From contig CAVXRD010000003.1 of assembly GCA_963764165.1 (NCBI GenBank), forward strand, positions 288,001 through 352,000: DNA of 64,000 nucleotides. Reading direction: 5' to 3'. Both the position numbers and the translations under genes were made by a program. The stretch comes from an uncultured Verrucomicrobiae bacterium (lineage in GTDB: Bacteria; Verrucomicrobiota; Verrucomicrobiia; Limisphaerales; Palsa-1400). The notes under the pieces were generated by a model. That model was not told the DNA's origin. It was given only the letters and a program-made list of their open reading frames with translations, and made no database searches. Shown here one piece after another: positions 1 to 10,572 of the stretch (its first letter is position 1; each line of letters opens with the position of its first letter).

Positions 1-2
1 AT

Positions 3-197
3 GGGGCGTTAATGCCAATTGCCCTGCCAAGCCTCGTCATGGGGAAAGACGTCCCGATATACTCAACCATCAACACCGGGAGATTATACAAAATTGGTTA
101 CATTGCCGGGATCAACTTGTGCGGGCTGGTTTTCTTCGGGCCGTTGTTCTACAAGCCAGCGCCGAAAAAGCCGCGGCTTACATCCACCAGCTCGTGA
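3..197 (+). CDS. 3' end of a small membrane protein (partial, runs off the window start)
   Basis: Frame open from base 3 (GALMPIALPSLVMG...YKIGYIAGINLCGLVFFG) with hydrophobic segments; stop at 197. Confidence 0.6.
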   Translation, partial: GALMPIALPSLVMGKDVPIYSTINTGRLYKIGYIAGINLCGLVFFGPLFYKPAPKKPRLTSTSS

Positions 198-930
198 AAA
201 TTTCAATCACGTTTAGCGGTCCGCCGATGTAGTAACCATTTCCAGCCATCGAGAATTGGCGATTTTTTTTGTCGTAGGCAATCAATGTTGGGCGAAGATG
301 ATCGTTGGGATCGTAGGTTGCGAAGTTCCAACCATTCGCGGTTTCGGCAACGTCAAAAAAGCCCACCCCATGGTTGATGGTGATCTTCGGAAAATTCACG
401 ATGTGCGCAATGGGTGCGGCGCCTGCTCCTATTTTTTCGACCAAGCCCGCCGCCGTCCGCTCCTGATGCTCGCGGGAAATTGGAAAGACCATCCGCCAAT
501 GGCTTCGCAAGACGTAGGATTGCCAGGCCCCGCCGCACTCGGACTTCAACATGACTTCGTGCGCCGCGCTGAAGGCGGCCAGGCAATCGTAGCCCGGGAT
601 GACAACGCGTTCCCCTGGTTTGGCGATAACGCGGGGATTGCGCGCCAGGACCTTTCGGGTCAGTTTGCGGTAGGTCTCCGCATCGGCACGCGGCGCCGCC
701 GCATCAAACCGCGCATGATAAAAAAATTTCCGCGCGGCCTTCACGACGACGAAACAGTGGTGCGTATAGGATGGCTTGGGCACGCGCGGCTTGCAGATCA
801 TTTTGCCCGTCTCGGGAGCAAATGTGTAATCCCATACCAGCTCGTTGGAGAAGGCAAACGTGTCGCGCCCGAAAACAAAGCGCTTTTCATTCGATACCGC
901 GGCGGCCGTCGTCAATTCTGTTTCAATCAC
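178..930 (-). CDS. Hypothetical protein (Cys/His/Asp motifs, possibly papain-like fold)
   Basis: 3' part of ORF 178..1488; likely GTG start at 930 (VIETELTT), divergent from the gene at 1030. Motifs HHCFVV, INHG, YDPN. Confidence 0.6.
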   Translation of the reverse strand: MIETELTTAAAVSNEKRFVFGRDTFAFSNELVWDYTFAPETGKMICKPRVPKPSYTHHCFVVVKAARKFFYHARFDAAAPRADAETYRKLTRKVLARNPRVIAKPGERVVIPGYDCLAAFSAAHEVMLKSECGGAWQSYVLRSHWRMVFPISREHQERTAAGLVEKIGAGAAPIAHIVNFPKITINHGVGFFDVAETANGWNFATYDPNDHLRPTLIAYDKKNRQFSMAGNGYYIGGPLNVIEIFTSWWM

Positions 931-1029
931 GGTGCGACGATTACCTACCACACGCCGGTGATTTTGCAATCCGGGCGTTCGCAGCATTTGCCTTGCGCCA
1001 CCCGCGCGCCTCGCGTTAACAAGCTCCGA

Positions 1030-2292
1030 ATGCTTTATGAACGGTGGCGGCAAATGGCGGCAGCGCGCGCGGGCGAACTGGCGCTGCGAGATTGCGGCTC
1101 GGGCCGCCGCTGGACTTTTTCCGAACTGGCGGCGGAAGGTGAGCGGCAACCCGCCATTGAAGAATTCGCGCATCCCCAAGGCAACGGCCCTGAATTCGTA
1201 TTGACGGTTCTCGCCGGGTGGCGGGATCGCAAAATCGTCTGGCCGCTTGAACCCGGCTGCACTCCCGCCGCAATTCCGAAGCCTCCGTCCAATTGCGCGC
1301 ATCTGAAAACAACCTCGGGCACCACCGGCGAACCGCGCATGGCCGCGTTTACCGCGGAACAATTGGCGGCGGACGCGGACAACATCGTAACCACAATGGG
1401 ACTCAAGCCGGAACAACCGAACCTCGGCATCATCTCGCTGGCCCATTCCTACGGATTTTCCAATTTGGTCACGCCGCTTCTGCTGCACGGAATTCCTTTG
1501 ATCCTGGCGCCATCTGTTCTGCCCGAAGTGATACGAAAGGCGGCGGGTTCAGAAAAATGTTTGACGCTCGCGGCTGTTCCCGCGATGTGGCGTTCGTGGC
1601 ATGAAGTCGGCGCGATTCCGACCAGCGTTCGTCTCGCGATTTCGGCCGGAGCGCCATTGCCTCTGGCACTGGAACGGCAGATTTTCGAATCCTCAGGATT
1701 AAAGATTCACAACTTTTACGGCGCGTCGGAGTGCGGCGGAATTGCCTACGATGCGACCGAAATTCCGCGCGAAGACTCGGCTTGCGCCGGATCACCAATG
1801 AACAACGTCCGTCTTTCCCTCAATGATGAGGGCTGCATCCGCGTTCATAGCAACGCTGCGGGCGAAACTTATTGGCCAAATGTGAATCATGCTCTGGGCG
1901 GGGGCAAATTCGACACCTCGGATGTCGCGGAGCTTCGCAATGAATTGGTTTATCTGCGCGGACGCTTGGGCGACCAGATCAACGTGGCTGGCCGCAAGCT
2001 CTGGCCGGAAACAGTCGAGCGGGCCTTGCTAGCGCATCCAGGCGTCCGTGAATGCGTCGTCTTTGGCGCGCCTTCCACGCAAGAGGAGCGAACGGAGACT
2101 GTCATCGCCGTCGTATCAACAACGGCGGCGGAATCGGAGCTGAAGGCTTTTCTTTTGCAGACGCTGCCCCCGTGGCAGGTCCCGCGGGAATGGCGCTTCG
2201 TGCCTTCCCTGGCGGCTGGTTCTCGCGGAAAAATTTCACGGGCCGAATGGCGGCGGCGAATCTTGGAGGAATCCGCCTTTCCTGCCACTTAG
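1030..2292 (+). CDS. AMP-binding acyl-CoA synthetase / class I adenylate-forming enzyme
   Basis: Motifs TSGTTGEPR, HSYG, SAGAPL, FYGASECG, TSD, GRLGDQINVAGRK, GKISR; ATG at 1030. Confidence 0.9.
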   Translation: MLYERWRQMAAARAGELALRDCGSGRRWTFSELAAEGERQPAIEEFAHPQGNGPEFVLTVLAGWRDRKIVWPLEPGCTPAAIPKPPSNCAHLKTTSGTTGEPRMAAFTAEQLAADADNIVTTMGLKPEQPNLGIISLAHSYGFSNLVTPLLLHGIPLILAPSVLPEVIRKAAGSEKCLTLAAVPAMWRSWHEVGAIPTSVRLAISAGAPLPLALERQIFESSGLKIHNFYGASECGGIAYDATEIPREDSACAGSPMNNVRLSLNDEGCIRVHSNAAGETYWPNVNHALGGGKFDTSDVAELRNELVYLRGRLGDQINVAGRKLWPETVERALLAHPGVRECVVFGAPSTQEERTETVIAVVSTTAAESELKAFLLQTLPPWQVPREWRFVPSLAAGSRGKISRAEWRRRILEESAFPAT

Positions 2293-2429
2293 GGAAGCCG
2301 CCAAGGCATTTAAGAAATTAGTCCGTTCTTGATCTCGAAACACTCGCAAGAGCGCAAGAGGGCGGCTCAAGTGAGTTGCGAGCAGTTGCGAATTGCACAG
2401 ACGGGATTACCTTAGCAACGGAGGCATTT

Positions 2430-2663
2430 ATGGATGCATTTTGGTTTATTCCGTTATTGATCATAGTCGCAGTCGGCGTTCGCATGTTTTGCGCCTACAT
2501 CATGCGCCAGCCCCCCGCCACGCCTACTCCGCGCGTGCTTGTTGATACGACAACGGGCGAACCGGCGGTCAGTGGGACCGTCACATCGCAGAATTGGTCT
2601 GACCGTCCGTGCGGCAGTGTTTTGGAGTGGCGGGCGAAGAACGAGAGTTCGATCCAACAGTGA
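2430..2663 (+). CDS. Small single-pass membrane hypothetical protein
   Basis: GGAGG RBS before ATG 2430; N-terminal hydrophobic helix. Confidence 0.6.
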   Translation: MDAFWFIPLLIIVAVGVRMFCAYIMRQPPATPTPRVLVDTTTGEPAVSGTVTSQNWSDRPCGSVLEWRAKNESSIQQ

Positions 2664-2704
2664 ACCGGCTAGCTGAACGGAGAATCTCCGTATAGCCTTG
2701 GCCG

Positions 2705-4237
2705 ATGAAGACAGAGCATAGGAACGCCGCGAAGGAAGCTTATAAAGCGCTGCGCCGAGTTCCGTGGCACGCCTTGTGGGAGCGCGAAGTTCAAGATTTC
2801 AACGCCTCCCCGGCGGATGCGCGCGTCAAACGCGCGGGGATAATCCGCGCGGTGGGTGTGGTGTTTTCCGAATCGGGGCCGCAAGAGGAGAAAGAAACCG
2901 TCCTTCAATGGCTGCGCGGCCTTCTCCATGATCCGTCCGAAAAAATCCGCCGCTACGCAATGGCGGCCATTCCTAAAATTGGCGCGACAGCCGAAGACGA
3001 GAACCGCCTGCTCGCCCAATTCAAAGACTCCACGGAAGAGCGGGAGAAGCGCCATTTGCACAAGGCGCTGGCGAAAATTGGCGGTGCGGCGGCCCTTGAG
3101 CAATCCGCGCTCGGCCCCGCCGAACAGAAAATAAAAGCCAAAATGACGCGGCAAACCGATCCCAGCACCCTTCGTTTTGGAGCGGTTCTGGAACAGTTCG
3201 CCGGGTTGCGCGTTCATTTGCGGGGCCGGCGCGGCTTGGAGCGCTTTGTGGCGGAAGAGGCGCGGGAGCATCGCAAATTTCGCGTGCTGGAAGTTCGGCC
3301 CGGGTGTGTTGTATTAACGCCCGCCGCTGCTTTTTCGATGGCGGATATTTACGCCATGCGCTGCTTTGGCTCGATTGGATTTTCACTGGGAATTGCCGTG
3401 GGGAAGAACGAAGCCGAAACCCTGCCCGGTCTCGCGGCGCTGATGACCTCGCCGTTTGCGTTGCGCTTATGGCGCGCCTTTACGGAGGGCGCGATTCGCT
3501 ATCGCATTGATTTCGCGGGAAAAGGACACCAACGCGCCGCCGTGGCGAAGCTGGCGGAATTGGTTTACGCGCGATGCGCGCAAATTCTTAATGACCCTCA
3601 AAAAGTAACTTGGACGGCGGACATTTACACGGTGCGCCAGGGGCAGCAGTTGGAATTGCGCCCCAACATCACTCCCGACCCGCGCTTCGCGTTCCGCCAA
3701 AAGGACGTGCCCGCCGCTTCGCATCCCCCGCTGGCCGCAAGTCTGGCCAGATTGGCGGGAAGAGCCGAAAAGGATGTCGTTTGGGATCCGTTCTGCGGCT
3801 CCGGGTTGGAATTGATCGAGCGCGCGCTTCTTGGCGGCGTGGAACGAATTATCGGCAGCGACTTAAGCTCCGAAGCGGTCGAGATCGCGCGGAATAATTT
3901 CGCAGCCGCAAAGACAGCGGTTCTCCACTATGAATTCATCCATTCCGATTTCCGCGACGCCGCGCTGGCTGCGCGCCTAAAGGCCGCCGGTGTCACATTA
4001 ATTGTGACCAATCCGCCGATGGGAATGCGCGTGCCGGTCGCTGATTTGCACCGCTTGATTGATGACATTTTCCGCGTTGCCGCCCGGGTCTTAAAGCCAG
4101 GCGGGCGGCTCGTGCTGGTGAACCCATCGAACAAGGCCATACCGCCTTCGTCGTTTAAACTAGAAGTCCGGCAGCCGGTGGATATGGGAGGCTTCGAGTG
4201 CGGAATCGAGAAATACACTCGTCTGGCGGCCCGCTAA
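2705..4237 (+). CDS. HEAT-repeat + class I SAM-dependent (RlmL/Trm14-like) methyltransferase
   Basis: N-terminal HEAT-like helices (LLHDPSEKIRRYAMAAIPKIG); C-terminal WDPFCGSG and TNPPMG motifs. Confidence 0.8.
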   Translation: MKTEHRNAAKEAYKALRRVPWHALWEREVQDFNASPADARVKRAGIIRAVGVVFSESGPQEEKETVLQWLRGLLHDPSEKIRRYAMAAIPKIGATAEDENRLLAQFKDSTEEREKRHLHKALAKIGGAAALEQSALGPAEQKIKAKMTRQTDPSTLRFGAVLEQFAGLRVHLRGRRGLERFVAEEAREHRKFRVLEVRPGCVVLTPAAAFSMADIYAMRCFGSIGFSLGIAVGKNEAETLPGLAALMTSPFALRLWRAFTEGAIRYRIDFAGKGHQRAAVAKLAELVYARCAQILNDPQKVTWTADIYTVRQGQQLELRPNITPDPRFAFRQKDVPAASHPPLAASLARLAGRAEKDVVWDPFCGSGLELIERALLGGVERIIGSDLSSEAVEIARNNFAAAKTAVLHYEFIHSDFRDAALAARLKAAGVTLIVTNPPMGMRVPVADLHRLIDDIFRVAARVLKPGGRLVLVNPSNKAIPPSSFKLEVRQPVDMGGFECGIEKYTRLAAR

Positions 4238-4459
4238 CGATAGTAAAAATAACCGTTCTCGGCGCTGGCCTCAGCCCAAAAGCAGGCGCAAGCTCCGCCG
4301 AAGATCGTAATATCAGCAGTGACAGCAAGGGGTGTCAGCGCGATCTTGGCGGCTTTTCCTTACCCATCGCTTTAATTAGAAACCGTTCTAATGGCCCCGC
4401 AGCCAAATGCAATTGTGTTTTGGAAATGCGGATTTTTTGATTTTTTTTTGCGGTTTTTG

Positions 4460-4489
4460 TTGACAAATTGCCGCGAGTTTTATTAGTTT
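4460..4489 (+). promoter_or_regulatory. Putative sigma70 promoter
   Basis: TTGACA-N18-TAGTTT with a T-rich upstream tract, about 70 bp before ATG 4558. Confidence 0.5.
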
Positions 4490-4557
4490 TGCTTTTTCGG
4501 AGGTGCCAGAAACCCCGGGAATTCAAACTAACTCCTGCGCTGCCAGCAACAAACAAT

Positions 4558-6309
4558 ATGAAAAACACGAAATTCATTGTCTGTGTTCTCTCCGGTATTC
4601 TCCTGTCGGGTTTCAGCGCCCTTGCGCACCCCTACGCGTCCGCCGTCACCAATAGCGGAGGCACGATCCAGTTTATTCTTAACGAACCGGCGACCTCTGT
4701 GACGGTCACGTTTAATAACGGCACAGTGACCAACAGCCTCGGCGCGCTGGCAAAAGGGTCCAACGGGTTTAGCCTGGGGTCTTACACGAATTACGCCATC
4801 ACCGTTTACAAGACGGGCTCCGGCGCCATCAGCCAGATTTCCTCCGACAGCAGCAACTCTCTGCAATTCATTGCCCCGCGCGGGGTGGGGGTGAACGTAA
4901 ATCCACAGCGCCCCACTTTCGGCCGCATCTATGTCTGCAGCGCCTGGCCTGCGGGAGTGCCGCAGGCTGACGGGCACACAATCGCTTCGGCCGGAAATGG
5001 CCGGACGGTGGGCAAAGGCATTTACTTGGTCAATCAGGATGGATCTGACGCCATTGGGCAAGGGACCAACGCGCTTCTCGGCGATATCTGGCTCGGCACG
5101 ACTCCCCGGTATTCGCCTTGGCGCGTGGCTGTGGGCTCGGACGACTCTGTCTATGTGGATGATCTGGCCGGCGAATATACGGCGGGACTTGCCAACACGG
5201 GCCTGTCCTACAGCCCTCCTGGCGGCGGCGTCTGGATGGCATCACCGGATTTTTCCTCCACCACCAACCTTTTCAATACAAACGCAGTGGGCAGCGTATA
5301 CAGCGGAGGCGTGGGTTTTTATGTGACTGGCTCGCTGGCGTCCAGCAATTTGGTGGTTACAGTTTCTGAGTGGGACTTGGTGGGCTCCACTATTGGCGGC
5401 TCATTCTTAACGCCCCCGGCTGTGTGGCAGTACGTTTATGACAGTGTGACCAATCCTATTCCGATTAACAACGCGCCCTTTGGTTTAATGACGGTCGGCC
5501 TTGGCATCAATGGTGTTCTCGGCGATTTGGCCGTCCACCCTCCCACGGGTTATATTTATGCCATGCAAGATCGCACCTCGCCGGCGGGCGATCCGGGCTC
5601 TGGAACGGGCGAAGCTAACAACAACAACGCCTCGCTTTATGTTTATGATTCCACCGGCGCAACCAATCTGTGGGAATCTGGCATCGGTGGAGCAAACGTG
5701 TTCCCTGCCTCCTACGGCATCGCTGTGTCCCCCGATGGCAATTGGTTTGCCGCCGCCGAAGGGTTTGGCGTCACCGTCCTCGCGCACATCACCAACGGCA
5801 TTCCTGACATTTCCACGCTGGTAACGAACAACGAGGACGCCGTCCTCAATACCTCCGCAACCCTGGCCAACGAGCGCCGCGGTTTGGTGTTCGATCTGGC
5901 GGACAATCTGATTACCAGCCTGCCGCAATACAACCTCAGCACCGGCGACGATAATCCCACTCCGTCTGCGCCAGCCGTGGTGCGCGAATATTCACTCGGA
6001 TATACTTCCATTGCCGTCACCAGCAATGACGCGACGGCCACCAACGGGTCGTTCAAGCTCACTCTTTTGCCGCCGCCTCCAACGGTCACCAGCGTGACGG
6101 AATCCGCCGGCACCGTGACGTTGACATGGACCTCTCCACTGAAGGGTGACACCATCGCGTCGTTCGCCGTCCAGAGCACCACTTCGCTAACCGGAGCATT
6201 TGCGAATGTCGCCGCGACCATCACACAGCCAGGGGGCGCAGGAACGGCGTTTCAAGCGACCGTGTCCGCGAGCGGCCCCGCGACGTTCTATCGGATTAAG
6301 CACTTGTAG
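4558..6309 (+). CDS. Secreted beta-rich (propeller-like) protein with C-terminal FYR domain
   Basis: Signal peptide MKNTKF...ALA; propeller-like segments (PRGVGVN, PWRVAVGSDDSVYV, YGIAVSPDG); ends ATFYRIKHL. Confidence 0.8.
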   Translation: MKNTKFIVCVLSGILLSGFSALAHPYASAVTNSGGTIQFILNEPATSVTVTFNNGTVTNSLGALAKGSNGFSLGSYTNYAITVYKTGSGAISQISSDSSNSLQFIAPRGVGVNVNPQRPTFGRIYVCSAWPAGVPQADGHTIASAGNGRTVGKGIYLVNQDGSDAIGQGTNALLGDIWLGTTPRYSPWRVAVGSDDSVYVDDLAGEYTAGLANTGLSYSPPGGGVWMASPDFSSTTNLFNTNAVGSVYSGGVGFYVTGSLASSNLVVTVSEWDLVGSTIGGSFLTPPAVWQYVYDSVTNPIPINNAPFGLMTVGLGINGVLGDLAVHPPTGYIYAMQDRTSPAGDPGSGTGEANNNNASLYVYDSTGATNLWESGIGGANVFPASYGIAVSPDGNWFAAAEGFGVTVLAHITNGIPDISTLVTNNEDAVLNTSATLANERRGLVFDLADNLITSLPQYNLSTGDDNPTPSAPAVVREYSLGYTSIAVTSNDATATNGSFKLTLLPPPPTVTSVTESAGTVTLTWTSPLKGDTIASFAVQSTTSLTGAFANVAATITQPGGAGTAFQATVSASGPATFYRIKHL

Positions 6310-6401
6310 AAAATACCGTGGATATGGGGTTCCGGATTGGCCGGAACCCCATTTAATTCTTTCAATAGCTGATTTAATCCAATACGTTAGCAGTCGTGCT
6401 T

Positions 6402-7271
6402 ATGAAAGCTTCAGTTAGACGCGATGGCGGGCGCGGCGCGAACTTCGTCACAGTCGCTTTTACGCTTATTGAATTGCTGGTGGTCATTGCCATCATCGCC
6501 ATCCTGGCCGCGATGTTGTTGCCCGCCCTTGCGAGGGCAAAGGATCAGGCGATCCAAGCCCAATGCATCTCCAATAAAAAACAACTGGGGCTGGCGTGGA
6601 AACTTTACGCAGACGATTTTCATGATTACATGCTGCCCAACGCGCCGTTGACGTACAGCGCAAGCCTGATAGGCGATGTCTGGTGTCCATGCGCTAATGG
6701 AGGGGAAAACTGGCTGGCCTACCCTGACAACACCAATGTCGTGGCCTACCAGCAATCCCTTCTCGCGCCTTATCTGGTGAATCAACTCGCGCTCTTCAGG
6801 TGTCCCGGCGACAATATAAATTCGGCCAACGGCCAGCGGATTCGATCTATTTCCATGAACAGCCAGATGGGTTGGGTTTACGTGGACGGCAACAACGGCG
6901 CGCCCTCGGCGGCGAATTATGGCGCGCCATTGCAAATCTATATCAAGATCGCTGATTTGAGATGCCCCCCGCCCAGCATGGCCTTCATTTTTGCGGATGA
7001 AACAATGTTCACCATGGACGACGGTTATATGCAAATGTCTGGCACACCGGCGTTTCCGAATGCGCCGGCGCACTATCATTGTGGTGGCGCCGGCTTCTCC
7101 TTTGCTGACGGCCACGCGGAAGCCCACGCTTGGCGAGGGCCGGTGCTTCCGAATTTGCCTTATGCCTACGGCAAGAGTTCAGGAGGAAGCGACAACATCA
7201 CCACGGCCACCGACCCTGACTGGATTTGGCTTTTTCCTCGATCAGGCTGCGTGTCCAATTCACTTCCGTGA
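6402..7271 (+). CDS. Prepilin-type N-terminal cleavage/methylation protein with H-X9-DG C-terminal motif
   Basis: [44 protein letters not shown]. Confidence 0.9.
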   Translation: MKASVRRDGGRGANFVTVAFTLIELLVVIAIIAILAAMLLPALARAKDQAIQAQCISNKKQLGLAWKLYADDFHDYMLPNAPLTYSASLIGDVWCPCANGGENWLAYPDNTNVVAYQQSLLAPYLVNQLALFRCPGDNINSANGQRIRSISMNSQMGWVYVDGNNGAPSAANYGAPLQIYIKIADLRCPPPSMAFIFADETMFTMDDGYMQMSGTPAFPNAPAHYHCGGAGFSFADGHAEAHAWRGPVLPNLPYAYGKSSGGSDNITTATDPDWIWLFPRSGCVSNSLP

Positions 7272-7464
7272 ACATGATGAAGTTTCGCTTGGCACATTAC
7301 CGAATACAATCGATTCTTGCCCGGCATTGATCAGTAGAACAGTTCAAACCAAGAAAGCCCTGCCGCACAACGGGGTGCGCGTCCATCGCCTTGAGGCGGA
7401 ATAACGAATATAAATCCTTGCCCCTTCGGCGCAGTCCGGTTAAGAAAGTCGCCGCCGAGAATTT

Positions 7465-8961
7465 ATGAAAACTCAGCTCCTGAACTGCATTGCGGCGTTA
7501 TTCAGTCTTCTGGCGATCGATTGTTATGCAACAGTTCGATTCGTCAGCATCAACAGCACCAACCCCGTCGCTCCTTTCACCAATTGGACCACTGCCGCAG
7601 TAAACATTCAGGACGCCATCGACGCCGCTGCTGCAGGGGACATTGTGCTCGTTACAAACGGAATCTACGCATCCGGCGGCGAGAAGATTTACGGGCTGAC
7701 GAACCGAGTTGCACTCGATAAAGCCTTGACCGTCACCAGCGTCAACGGCTGGTCCAATACGATTATTCAAGGAGCTTTTGATCCGGTTTCAACAAACGGT
7801 CCGGCGGCTGTGCGGTGCGCTTGGCTCGCCGACGGCGCCGTCCTCTATGGGTTCACTCTCGAAAATGGGGCCACCCTGAACACGGGCAACGTCTTGGAAT
7901 CGCAGAACGGGGGCGGCGTTTACTGTGAGTCCACCAACGCGCTGGTTTCCAATTGCCTCCTCACAAACAATGCCGCCTGTTCCAACGGAGGCGGCATCTA
8001 TTTCGGCACTTTGAAAAACAGCCTCGTTATCAGCAATTTCGCCACATTCGGCGGCGGCGCTTACAGCGCGGCGCTCTTCAATTGCACCGTGGTAAAGAAT
8101 TTCACTTGGGATACAGACACTTACCCTACCGGCGCTGGCGTCTGGAGCGGCTCCATCCGAAATTGCATTGTCCAGAATAATTCCGAAGCTATTTTTGGCG
8201 GGGGCTACGATGACATCTATATGGGAGGACAGCCTCAATCTTCGTTTACTTATTCGGACGTCGGCCAAGACCTTCTGGAAAATCTGACGGGGGTGGGGAA
8301 TATGGGCGCGGATGCCGATTTTCTCGACCAATTTCGCCTGTTGCCAACGTCACCCTGCCGCGGGACCGGAAGCGCGCTCTACGCGAGCGGCGTCGATTTC
8401 GAAGGCCAGGCATGGAGCAATAATCCGTCCATGGGATGCGACGAAGTGGTCGTCAGCAACCGGGTCGGCCCGCTATCTGTCGCTGTTTACGCCGTGCCGA
8501 ATCCGACCCGGTATGGCGTTCTCGCTTACGAGGGCGTAGTTTTCTTAGGATCAATTACTGGGTTGGTCAGTTCGCTTGAATGGAACTTTGGTGATGGCAC
8601 CATAATTACGAATGCAGACGACTCAGGGTATCATCAATGGACGGCCCCCGGCAGGTACACCGTCACGTTTACCGCCTACAACATCGATAATCCTAATGGA
8701 GTCTCTGCTTCCCTTGACATACAGGTGCTTCCGCTGGCGCCGGTCGAAATAACAAATCCCACAGTATCGAGCAACATGGTGCAGTTCGAATTCATCACGC
8801 AGACGAACGTGAGTTACACCGTCCAATATACCACAAATCTTACGCCGCCGGTCACGTGGGGCACCTTGGAAATTAATTCATTCAGCCAAGGTGGTTTGAC
8901 TCAGTTCCAAGACTTTCAAGCCACAAACGAAGCGCGCTTCTATCGCGTCGTTGTTCATTAG
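7465..8961 (+). CDS. Secreted beta-helix + PKD domain protein with C-terminal FYR domain
   Basis: Signal peptide; IQDAIDAA; GGGVY/GGGIY/GGGAY repeats; PKD WNFGDG...PGRYTVTFTA; ends ARFYRVVVH. Confidence 0.85.
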   Translation: MKTQLLNCIAALFSLLAIDCYATVRFVSINSTNPVAPFTNWTTAAVNIQDAIDAAAAGDIVLVTNGIYASGGEKIYGLTNRVALDKALTVTSVNGWSNTIIQGAFDPVSTNGPAAVRCAWLADGAVLYGFTLENGATLNTGNVLESQNGGGVYCESTNALVSNCLLTNNAACSNGGGIYFGTLKNSLVISNFATFGGGAYSAALFNCTVVKNFTWDTDTYPTGAGVWSGSIRNCIVQNNSEAIFGGGYDDIYMGGQPQSSFTYSDVGQDLLENLTGVGNMGADADFLDQFRLLPTSPCRGTGSALYASGVDFEGQAWSNNPSMGCDEVVVSNRVGPLSVAVYAVPNPTRYGVLAYEGVVFLGSITGLVSSLEWNFGDGTIITNADDSGYHQWTAPGRYTVTFTAYNIDNPNGVSASLDIQVLPLAPVEITNPTVSSNMVQFEFITQTNVSYTVQYTTNLTPPVTWGTLEINSFSQGGLTQFQDFQATNEARFYRVVVH

Positions 8962-8981
8962 CAGACAAGAATCCGTGTCAA

Positions 8982-10376
8982 TTAGACGGTAGGCGCCGGT
9001 GGAGTTGCGGTGCGCTGGAGGAATCTTCCGCGCTTTGAGTCGCCGACAAATTTGCCGTTCCTAGCCGCGATTTCGCCGCGCACGGTCACCACTTCCGGGC
9101 GGCCCTCGATGTCCATGCCTTCGAACGCATTGTAATCGAGATTCATTCGCTGGGTCGCGGCGCTGATTTTGCCGCGATACGATGGATCGTAGACAACAAG
9201 GTCCGCGTCCGCGCCGAGCTGGATGGTGCCTTTGCGCGGAAAGAGGCCGAAGATTTTTGCGGCTGCGGTGCTGGCGGTCTGGACGAATTGATGCAAATCA
9301 AGCCGGCCGCGCTTCACGCCGTGCGTAAAGTACAAATTGATGCGGTCCTCCAGCGACGGAATTCCGTTGGGAATTTTCGTGAAGTCGTTTCGGCCCATCT
9401 GTTTTTGGGTGGCGAAATCAAAGGGCGCGTGATCCGTGGCGAGCGTGGCGATGCTGCCGTTGCGCAGGCCGTTCCAGAGCACATCCTGGTTGCCCTTCTC
9501 GCGCAGCGGCGGCGACATGACAAATTTCGCGCCTTCAAAATTCGGCTTTTCGGCGTCCGTTTTGTCGCAGAGCAAATATTGAATGAGCGTTTCGACCTTC
9601 ACATCGACACCTTGCGCGGCGCCGCGGATGGCTTCGCGCAATGCCTGGTGGCAGCTCAGATGCACGATGTAAACCGGCGCTCCCGTCATGCGCGCAAAGG
9701 TCATCAAGTGATGCACGCCTTCGGCCTCCACGATGGGTGGGCGGCTCCAATAATGGTATTCGGGGCCGGTTTTTCCGCGGGCAATCAGTTGCTTCTGCTT
9801 TTCCAAAATAAGATCCGCGTTTTCGCAATGGGCGGTGGTGATGACTCCCAGTTCGCGCGCGAGGCTCAAGGTTTTGTAAAGCTCCTCATCGGTCACTCCG
9901 AAAGCGCCCTTGTAAGCCAGGAAAATTTTGAAGCTGCTGATGCCGCGTTTGACGATTTCGCGAAAGTCCTGCTCCGCTTCCGCGTCGTAGCGCGTCACGC
10001 CCATGTGAAAGGTGAAATCGCACGCGCTCTGGCCACTGGCTTTTCCGAGCCACAGTTCGAACGCTTCAAGCGGCTTTTCCGAGCGGGCCGGGCAAATCAT
10101 TTCTATGAACGTGGTCGTGCCGCCGATCAATGCGGCCTGGCTGGCGGTCTCATGGGTGTCCTTGGCGCTGGTGCCCATGAACGGCAAATGTATGTGAACG
10201 TGCGGATCGATGAACCCCGGAAAAACATAGCGGCCCGTGGCGTCGATGATTTCCACGCCTGGCGGTGGTTCGATGTTTTTGTCGATGCGAGTGATGGTTT
10301 CGTTCTCGCAATAAATATCGGCGACATACCTTTCACTCGCCGTGACGATTTCACCGCTTTTAATCAGGAGAGCCAT
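8982..10376 (-). CDS. hydA: Dihydropyrimidinase (D-hydantoinase)
   Basis: PGFIDPHVH, SFKIFLAYK, HCEN, VHLS, MSPPLR, ATDHAPF. Confidence 0.93.
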   Translation of the reverse strand: MALLIKSGEIVTASERYVADIYCENETITRIDKNIEPPPGVEIIDATGRYVFPGFIDPHVHIHLPFMGTSAKDTHETASQAALIGGTTTFIEMICPARSEKPLEAFELWLGKASGQSACDFTFHMGVTRYDAEAEQDFREIVKRGISSFKIFLAYKGAFGVTDEELYKTLSLARELGVITTAHCENADLILEKQKQLIARGKTGPEYHYWSRPPIVEAEGVHHLMTFARMTGAPVYIVHLSCHQALREAIRGAAQGVDVKVETLIQYLLCDKTDAEKPNFEGAKFVMSPPLREKGNQDVLWNGLRNGSIATLATDHAPFDFATQKQMGRNDFTKIPNGIPSLEDRINLYFTHGVKRGRLDLHQFVQTASTAAAKIFGLFPRKGTIQLGADADLVVYDPSYRGKISAATQRMNLDYNAFEGMDIEGRPEVVTVRGEIAARNGKFVGDSKRGRFLQRTATPPAPTV

Positions 10377-10443
10377 GACGGCGCCAATAATTTAACTGGC
10401 TGGCCACTCCGTCAAGGAGTATAACGCAGAGCAGCCGTTGCAA

Positions 10444-10541
10444 GGCAGGGACGCCTCGGCGAGGCGTCCGAGGTCACGGCGTTTTTCGATCGCGTCCGGA
10501 CTCGCGAATGTCCCCGGACGCCTCGGCGAGGCGTCCCTGCC
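10444..10541. repeat. REP-like palindrome pair, family A (GGYAGGGACGCCTCGSCGAGGCGTCC)
   Basis: Inverted arms; same family at about 16062-16162, 22460-22561 and 53157-53332. Confidence 0.85.
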
Positions 10542-10572
10542 CTGCGCGCGCGCGAATTTAAGAAATAAAATT

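Noticed and set aside
256..1488. Long overlapping ORFs 256..2292 (+) and 178..1488 (-) as true overlapping genes
   Set aside because: The extensions are antisense shadows. The likely starts are 1030 (+) and about 930 (-), giving a normal divergent pair.
2680..2710. sigma28 promoter (GCCGATGA)
   Set aside because: No TAAA -35 at the right spacing, and the box overlaps the start codon.
4290..4360. Structured RNA upstream of the 4558 gene
   Set aside because: A stem (CCGCCGAAGATCG/CGATCTTGGCGG) followed by Ts fits a terminator or repeat equally well.
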